This document shows positions 58,462-64,000 of a stretch of DNA of 64,000 nucleotides, in pieces. The stretch covers positions 3,751 to 67,750 of the forward strand of contig JAOTXZ010000005.1 in assembly GCA_029862085.1 (NCBI GenBank). The letters run 5' to 3'. The DNA is from Nitrosopumilus sp. (lineage in GTDB: Archaea; Thermoproteota; Nitrososphaeria; Nitrososphaerales; Nitrosopumilaceae). The position numbers and the translations under genes are program-made. The notes below the pieces were generated by a model, which was not told where the DNA came from, did not search any database, and was given only the letters and a program-made list of their open reading frames with translations. The number at the start of each line of letters is the position of its first letter. Position 1 is the stretch's first letter.

Positions 58462-58947
58462 CTAATCTGGTTTGTATTTGAAGAGACCGCCTGCTTCGAT
58501 AATTTTTCCAATGATTTCTGAAAATGGTTTCATTGGGTATGTTTGGTTTTTTGTAATATTTTTTATTTCGTTTGAGCTGATATCGATATTAATTTCATCC
58601 CCTTCAGAAATACGTTGATATGTATTTTCATCAATTTCTATAGGTAGCAAAAATGCACCATCTACTGCATTTCGATAAAAAATCCTTGCAAAAGAAAGAG
58701 CAAGAACTGCTTTTATCCCTGAATGAGAAAGGGCAATTGGGGCATGTTCTCTGGATGAACCACATCCAAAATTTTTGCCAGATAAGATAAAATCACCTTC
58801 TTTTACTTTTGTATGAAAATTAGGATCTAAACCCTCCATAGCATGAGAGGCCAATTCGTTATAATCATGGATTTTGAGGTATTGTCCAGGTATTATTACA
58901 TCAGTATCGATGTTGTCTCTTTCATATTTAATCACATTTCCTTTCAA
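58462..58947 (-). CDS. archaeal-type isopropylmalate/homoaconitate dehydratase small subunit
   Basis: [32 protein letters not shown]. Confidence 0.88.
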   Translation of the reverse strand: MKGNVIKYERDNIDTDVIIPGQYLKIHDYNELASHAMEGLDPNFHTKVKEGDFILSGKNFGCGSSREHAPIALSHSGIKAVLALSFARIFYRNAVDGAFLLPIEIDENTYQRISEGDEINIDISSNEIKNITKNQTYPMKPFSEIIGKIIEAGGLFKYKPD

Positions 58948-60215
58948 TTCAAATCCCTCGGATCAGTAATTTTACCAGTAACAGCAGATGCAGCTGCCAC
59001 AAGTGGGGATGAAAGATAGGTCTGAGAGTCTACATGACCCATTCTCCCAGGGAAATTTCTATTGGTAGTACTTATACAAATCTCATCTTTTGCTAATACT
59101 CCCATATGAGCTCCACAACATGCTCCACAAGTTGGAGGGCCAACGGTTACCCCAGCATCTAAAAATATTTTCAACAAGCCATTTTCCATAGCTCTTTTGT
59201 AAATAGAGATAGCAGCAGGTAAAACTTCAGTTCTGATTTTTACTTTTCTTCCCTTGAGTATTTTTGCAGCGGCTTCCAGATCTTCGTATTTTGCTCCAGT
59301 ACAAGAACCAATGTATGATTTATCCAGATCAACATTGGGAGCTTCTCTTACAACAATAGTATTTTCTGGAGAGAATGGTTTTGCAACTGTTGGTTCCATC
59401 TCCGAGCTTTCGTATTCGTATACTTTTGCATATTCTGCATCAGAGTCTCCTTTAACCAAGGTGATATTGTTAGCACCTCTTGCAGTAAGATAATCTGTAA
59501 CTTTTTGATCTGGTTCCACAATACCATTTTTTGCTCCAGCTTCTGTTGTCATATTACAAAGGGTAAGTCTACTTTCTACTGACATCTCATCTATACCGCT
59601 TCCTCCAAATTGCATTGTTCTATATGCCCCTCCATCAGTTCCAATATCTCCAATTATTTTTAAGATCAAGTCTTTTGCCATCACATGATCTGGGAGTTTA
59701 CCATTAAGCTTAAAGTACAAGGTTTCAGGAACTTTGAACCAAATTTTCCCATTCAATAAAACATACGCGATATCAGTATGACCTAGACCACATGCAAATG
59801 CCCCTAGAGCACCTGTTGTGTTTGTATGAGAATCACCTCCAACATACACCTCTCCCGGTAAAACCAAGGCCTCCTCATGGGATAGAGTATGGCAAATACC
59901 GTATTGTCCCATTCCATATTTGAAATGTTTTTCTATTCCATAGTTTTTTGTAAAATTTTGTAATTTTACAATATTCTCTGCAGAAATTTTTTCAGCGGAA
60001 GGTACAAAATGATCTTCGGCTACCCATACCTTTGAAGGATCCCATAATTTGTCTACGTTAATTCCCTGTTTTTTTAGTTTGTCAAATACCTTAATCACGC
60101 CGGGGCCAGAAACATCATGAACCATTACCTTATCGATGTCTGCAAATATTACATCATCAGGTGAAACTTTATCTCTATATGACGCCCGGGCAAGGATTTT
60201 TTCCACTATATTCAT
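58944..60215 (-). CDS. archaeal-type isopropylmalate/homoaconitate dehydratase large subunit
   Basis: GICH, GDSHT, IGSCTG, CGACCG, TTNRNFPGRMG. Confidence 0.9.
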   Translation of the reverse strand: MNIVEKILARASYRDKVSPDDVIFADIDKVMVHDVSGPGVIKVFDKLKKQGINVDKLWDPSKVWVAEDHFVPSAEKISAENIVKLQNFTKNYGIEKHFKYGMGQYGICHTLSHEEALVLPGEVYVGGDSHTNTTGALGAFACGLGHTDIAYVLLNGKIWFKVPETLYFKLNGKLPDHVMAKDLILKIIGDIGTDGGAYRTMQFGGSGIDEMSVESRLTLCNMTTEAGAKNGIVEPDQKVTDYLTARGANNITLVKGDSDAEYAKVYEYESSEMEPTVAKPFSPENTIVVREAPNVDLDKSYIGSCTGAKYEDLEAAAKILKGRKVKIRTEVLPAAISIYKRAMENGLLKIFLDAGVTVGPPTCGACCGAHMGVLAKDEICISTTNRNFPGRMGHVDSQTYLSSPLVAAASAVTGKITDPRDLN

Positions 60216-60288
60216 AATCGAAAAAGCCCGTTCTATAGATTAAAAGCTTTTCAGAAGAATAAAAAAGAAAAGGAGTCCATAACAAATT

Positions 60289-61056
60289 ATGTCTCTTTCT
60301 GTCTCAGCCCTACTTTCGGAAAGAAAAAATGGTGAGTTTGATGTTTTTGAGGCGTTGTTAGAAACATTAGCAAAAAACAAGACGAAATTACAAGAAAATG
60401 ATGTATTAGTCATTTCAACAAAATATATCTCAAATTCACAGGGAAGAATTGTAAGCACCAAAAAAATCAAAGTTTCAAAAAAGGGGTTAGATACTGCAAA
60501 AAAATTTCAAATGAAACCAGAAATAGCAGAAATCATTGTCAGAGAGACCGATAAGATTTTTGGAGGTATTTCGGGTTTTGTAATTACCTCATCTGAAAAT
60601 ATTATGGCACCAAATGGAGGAATTGACAAATCAAATGTAAAAAAAGATCAGGTTATTCTATATCCAAAAAATCCATTTTTGATGGCAGAACAAATAAGAA
60701 GAAAAATATTTTTGAAATTCTTAATCCATGTGGGAGTTATTCTTGTGGATAGTCGTTTGATGCCTGCTCGAGTTGGTACATCTGGTGTTGCCATTTCTTG
60801 CGCCGGAATTGAACCAGTTTTAGATTTAAGATCAAAAAAAGATCTAGATGGAAATCCCCTAAAGGTTACCTTCCAAGCTGTAATCGATAATATTGCAACC
60901 ATAGCAAATCACAAAATGGGCGAAGGGGCAGAATCAAAACCTTTTGCTATTGTAAGGGATTCTGGGGCCCAATTAACAGATAGGAAGATAAGTCCTTCTG
61001 AAATGGCAGTATCTCCAGATCAATGTGTCTATGTTAGAGGTTTGACAAATGTGTAA
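60289..61056 (+). CDS. cofE: coenzyme F420-0:L-glutamate ligase
   Basis: DVLVISTK, NGGIDKSN, DSR, MGEGAE. Confidence 0.88.
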   Translation: MSLSVSALLSERKNGEFDVFEALLETLAKNKTKLQENDVLVISTKYISNSQGRIVSTKKIKVSKKGLDTAKKFQMKPEIAEIIVRETDKIFGGISGFVITSSENIMAPNGGIDKSNVKKDQVILYPKNPFLMAEQIRRKIFLKFLIHVGVILVDSRLMPARVGTSGVAISCAGIEPVLDLRSKKDLDGNPLKVTFQAVIDNIATIANHKMGEGAESKPFAIVRDSGAQLTDRKISPSEMAVSPDQCVYVRGLTNV

Positions 61057-61097
61057 TATGGAAAAATTTCCCCTTGTGCTTTAAATAGAAGTTTTCT

Positions 61098-61661
61098 TTG
61101 GGTCATTTAATGGAGTACCTGACGAGCTATCCAAAAACAGTTTCATTTCTAGATGGATTAAAACATAAAATTAATGTAGATAGCAAAGAAGGACTAGAAC
61201 AACTTCATATTGTTGTTAAGAAAAATTTTGAGGAATTATTACAAATTTTTACCTCTGAGGGATTCACCAAGGTAAAATTTGAACACAAACAGCCTGATCA
61301 AATTGGAAATGGTCTTAATCTTAAATTAAAAAAACCTTGGGAGATGCATGTAAGAATGGTGGATTTGAAAAAGGGACTTATAGGAATTCATGCAGAAGTA
61401 GAAGTGTCTAGAGATTATCTTCAACATCTATTTTCACAGAGAACCCCTGTAGTTTACGAAATAGAAGAAATCTTGAAAAAGTATCAAATAGAATATGATT
61501 TTTGGCATGACAAGGTCAAAAAAAACGTCCAATTGATTATTGATAATTACAAGGTAAAACTTTCAAACCCTAGCCTTCCAGTTTTTGCTTGGAAACCAAT
61601 GTTGTTTGTAATTGGAACAATAAGCATGCTCTATTTATGGAAATATATCAATACAATCTAG
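61098..61661 (+). CDS. hypothetical protein with C-terminal TM
   Basis: PWEMHVR...HAEVEVSRDYLQHL; hydrophobic tail. Confidence 0.7.
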   Translation: MGHLMEYLTSYPKTVSFLDGLKHKINVDSKEGLEQLHIVVKKNFEELLQIFTSEGFTKVKFEHKQPDQIGNGLNLKLKKPWEMHVRMVDLKKGLIGIHAEVEVSRDYLQHLFSQRTPVVYEIEEILKKYQIEYDFWHDKVKKNVQLIIDNYKVKLSNPSLPVFAWKPMLFVIGTISMLYLWKYINTI

Positions 61662-61682
61662 AACAACAAAGATAGAAAGATT

Positions 61683-62012
61683 CTAGATGCCCAAAGTTTC
61701 TTCTTTTGTCATTTCAAGAAAGACCTTGTCACCAACTGCCAAACCCATTTCTTTGTATTCATGCATTTCTAATTTTAATTGGGTAGTTCCTCCTTGCATA
61801 CCAAATCCACCACCTCCACCAGCTAACATTTTGTTCAAATCTTTCATCATATCGTTCATGTTAGTAAATCCCATTACTTTGGATCCCCCAAATTGACCTG
61901 GAGGAGATGTATTTCCTTCCTTAAAATCTTTAATTGAGGATAGAGAAATTACTACATATGGGGCCCCATCAGGAGCAGAATCAATACTTTTTACTACATA
62001 TTCTTTTTTCAT
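61683..62012 (-). CDS. small beta-barrel hypothetical protein
   Basis: N- and C-terminal beta strands around a Gly/Met-rich linker. Confidence 0.65.
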   Translation of the reverse strand: MKKEYVVKSIDSAPDGAPYVVISLSSIKDFKEGNTSPPGQFGGSKVMGFTNMNDMMKDLNKMLAGGGGGFGMQGGTTQLKLEMHEYKEMGLAVGDKVFLEMTKEETLGI

Positions 62013-62118
62013 ATATTAGATAAAAAAATCCTGCCTTATAATTTTAGTTTTTACCAAGATCTTTTATAATTTAAAAGAATTTAGAAGCTTTAATTACAAA
62101 TTTCATGATTTTCATGTA

Positions 62119-62655
62119 GTGTCACAAACTAGATTGAAAACCAACCTCAGATATTATGGAATCTCGCCATGGGAAATTGAAGTATTGTATAGTTATCTTA
62201 ATGCGAGATTTGCGGTTTCTCAAGAGGAGATTGAAGCAGAAGATGAAGATTTTGTAAGTTTTCTTGATTGGGAAATTCCTATTGCTTTTAATGAGGAATT
62301 TTTCAAATGGTTTGAATTTAAAAGATGGGAACAAGTAAAAGCTGTTTTTAAGGAAATGAAGAGGCGAAGAGGCTCTGGAAATGCCATAAAAATTGAAATC
62401 AATTTTTTAGGTACTCCAAAAATTTCATTTATTTTAGATACTGAAGACAAGCAATGGTATGATAATGCAATTGAAAAAATTGATTTTGTTTTAGAGTTAC
62501 TTCCATATCACATGGATCCTGAAAAACTTCCTGCTAACATATCGGGATTGATTTACAAATTTGATCCAAAATCAATAAGATGGCGTTTGAATTTTGCAAT
62601 GTCAAAAGATAAAAAATATGTCTTTAGAGGAGATATCTGGACTCCAATTAGTTAA
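62119..62655 (+). CDS. hypothetical protein
   Basis: 178-aa ORF, GTG start, TATA-like box upstream. Confidence 0.65.
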   Translation: MSQTRLKTNLRYYGISPWEIEVLYSYLNARFAVSQEEIEAEDEDFVSFLDWEIPIAFNEEFFKWFEFKRWEQVKAVFKEMKRRRGSGNAIKIEINFLGTPKISFILDTEDKQWYDNAIEKIDFVLELLPYHMDPEKLPANISGLIYKFDPKSIRWRLNFAMSKDKKYVFRGDIWTPIS

Positions 62656-63097
62656 GATCATGTAATGGTTCTAGAAGATCATGAAGTTCTTTGTATTTTG
62701 ACTCTAAAAATTCCAGGGCATCAGTAAGTTTTTTTGATTTCCCATATTTGTAACGAATAAGTTCACGATGGTGCCAATAGGTCTTTTTATTTTCTACTGA
62801 AATTGTCGTAAAAAAATCCGCCCCCTTTAAATTGTCAGGAAGTTTTACATCATGAGGAAAAAGAAATTCTACAATAAACCATTCATCACCATCAGGATAG
62901 TCCGAACCTGTCTCAATATCGAAAAAAACATGCAATAAATCTGATTGCATCATCCCATCGTCATTAATTGAGGGGTGTTTTATTCCTGATTTTTTAAAAT
63001 CAAGAGTTACTAATTGAGGTTCAAAGAATCCTTTGATAATGGCCCTGCGAAAAATTTTATTTGCTTCGTTTATGTTCAAATGCAAAATAATATACAC
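62648..63097 (-). CDS. hypothetical protein
   Basis: 149-aa ORF downstream of OFOR beta. Confidence 0.65.
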   Translation of the reverse strand: MYIILHLNINEANKIFRRAIIKGFFEPQLVTLDFKKSGIKHPSINDDGMMQSDLLHVFFDIETGSDYPDGDEWFIVEFLFPHDVKLPDNLKGADFFTTISVENKKTYWHHRELIRYKYGKSKKLTDALEFLESKYKELHDLLEPLHDLN

Positions 63098-63129
63098 ATA
63101 AACTAGACTATAACTTCTTAGGTTTTTTC

Positions 63130-63999
63130 CTAAACTTTAAGAGAATCCAATATTTTTGAAACATCCGTTATAGGGATACCATCTTTGGAAATATTTTGCT
63201 TTGAAGGAGGATTTTCTAGATAATTTGGGATTTTATCTTTTAACCTTGTAGCAAACGGAGAAATAAGTTCATTTTTGTAAAATATTCCAGTTGGAATCTT
63301 GTTCCCCCACTCTAACGATTTAATCAATGCTTGAGCTAATTTTTCATCTAATTCTTTTTCATCGGCATAATGCACTACCGGATCAAAGTGAGTATCCTCT
63401 AATTTGTAAATTCTTGAATGTCGTTCTGCAGCCTCTTTAGCAAGGTCTTCTCCAGCGTACCAATCGCGGGTATTGATGTCATTGTAAGTAGGACATGGCT
63501 GTAAAACATCTAGAAATGAAAGACCCTTATGCTGAACAGCCTTTACAATCAAATCTTTGAGATGTCGTACATCATAAGAATAAGCACGAGCAACAAATGT
63601 AAATCCGCTAGCTACCGCCAATCCAATTGGATTTACATTATAATTGGTGTTTGGGGAAGGGAGAGATTTTGTCTTCTCTCCTAATTTCAAGGTAGGAGAA
63701 GCTTGACCTTTAGTCAACCCATAAACGCCATTATCAAATATGATGTAAGTCATGTCAATATTTCTCCGCCCTGCTGCAACAAAGTGGCCTGCTCCAATTC
63801 CTAATCCATCACCATCTCCACCTACTGCAACTACAGTCATCTCTGGATTTGCAAGTTTACCACCTTGGGCAAATGTCAAGACTCTTCCATGAAGCGTGTG
63901 AATTCCATATGTGTTGATAAAATGAGAAGTTTTTCCAGAGCATCCAATTCCTGAAAATATGGTTGCTTTATCACGCTCTATTCCCATTTCAGCTAATGC
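63130..63999 (-). CDS. korB: 2-oxoacid:ferredoxin oxidoreductase beta subunit, 5'-truncated
   Basis: SGIGCS, HTLHGR, GGDGD, DNGVYGLTKGQASPT, QPCPTYN; frame open to the window edge. Confidence 0.93.
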   Translation of the reverse strand, partial: ALAEMGIERDKATIFSGIGCSGKTSHFINTYGIHTLHGRVLTFAQGGKLANPEMTVVAVGGDGDGLGIGAGHFVAAGRRNIDMTYIIFDNGVYGLTKGQASPTLKLGEKTKSLPSPNTNYNVNPIGLAVASGFTFVARAYSYDVRHLKDLIVKAVQHKGLSFLDVLQPCPTYNDINTRDWYAGEDLAKEAAERHSRIYKLEDTHFDPVVHYADEKELDEKLAQALIKSLEWGNKIPTGIFYKNELISPFATRLKDKIPNYLENPPSKQNISKDGIPITDVSKILDSLKV

Positions 64000-64000
64000 C

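Overview
AT-rich archaeal chromosome segment. Gene content and order point to a Nitrosopumilaceae-type ammonia-oxidising archaeon (PEFG-CTERM cupredoxin, IPxWIKNNAxWW repeat protein, archaeal exosome, Rpo3, EndA, CofE, SbtAB). Most of the window is core genome: pgk, suf operon, hemLC-cobA-hemD, ars/MIP, sbtAB, pit, ABC-2, rpl10e, rhodaneses, NAD kinase, Nob1, XPF, the exosome cluster, ribosomal genes, two aconitase-family LeuCD pairs, cofE and a truncated OFOR beta subunit, plus tRNA-Glu(CTC) and tRNA-Gly(GCC). Accessory patches lie at about 20.1-23.1 kb (a secreted multidomain GH18 chitinase-like gene) and about 28.6-35.5 kb (downstream of tRNA-Glu). Reading the raw sequence gave several things absent from the ORF track: a family of dispersed, hairpin-forming intergenic repeats (about 0.7, 30.0 and 32.1-32.36 kb) flanking accessory genes; a 47-aa CxC-rich metallothionein-like gene; a probable C/D-box sRNA; a C2H2 micro-protein behind a perfect 11-bp inverted repeat; other zinc-finger micro-ORFs; a frameshifted cupin remnant; and DtxR-like boxes upstream of suf. 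No CRISPR array, transposase or integrase was seen. All family assignments come from motif recognition by eye; no database searches were run.
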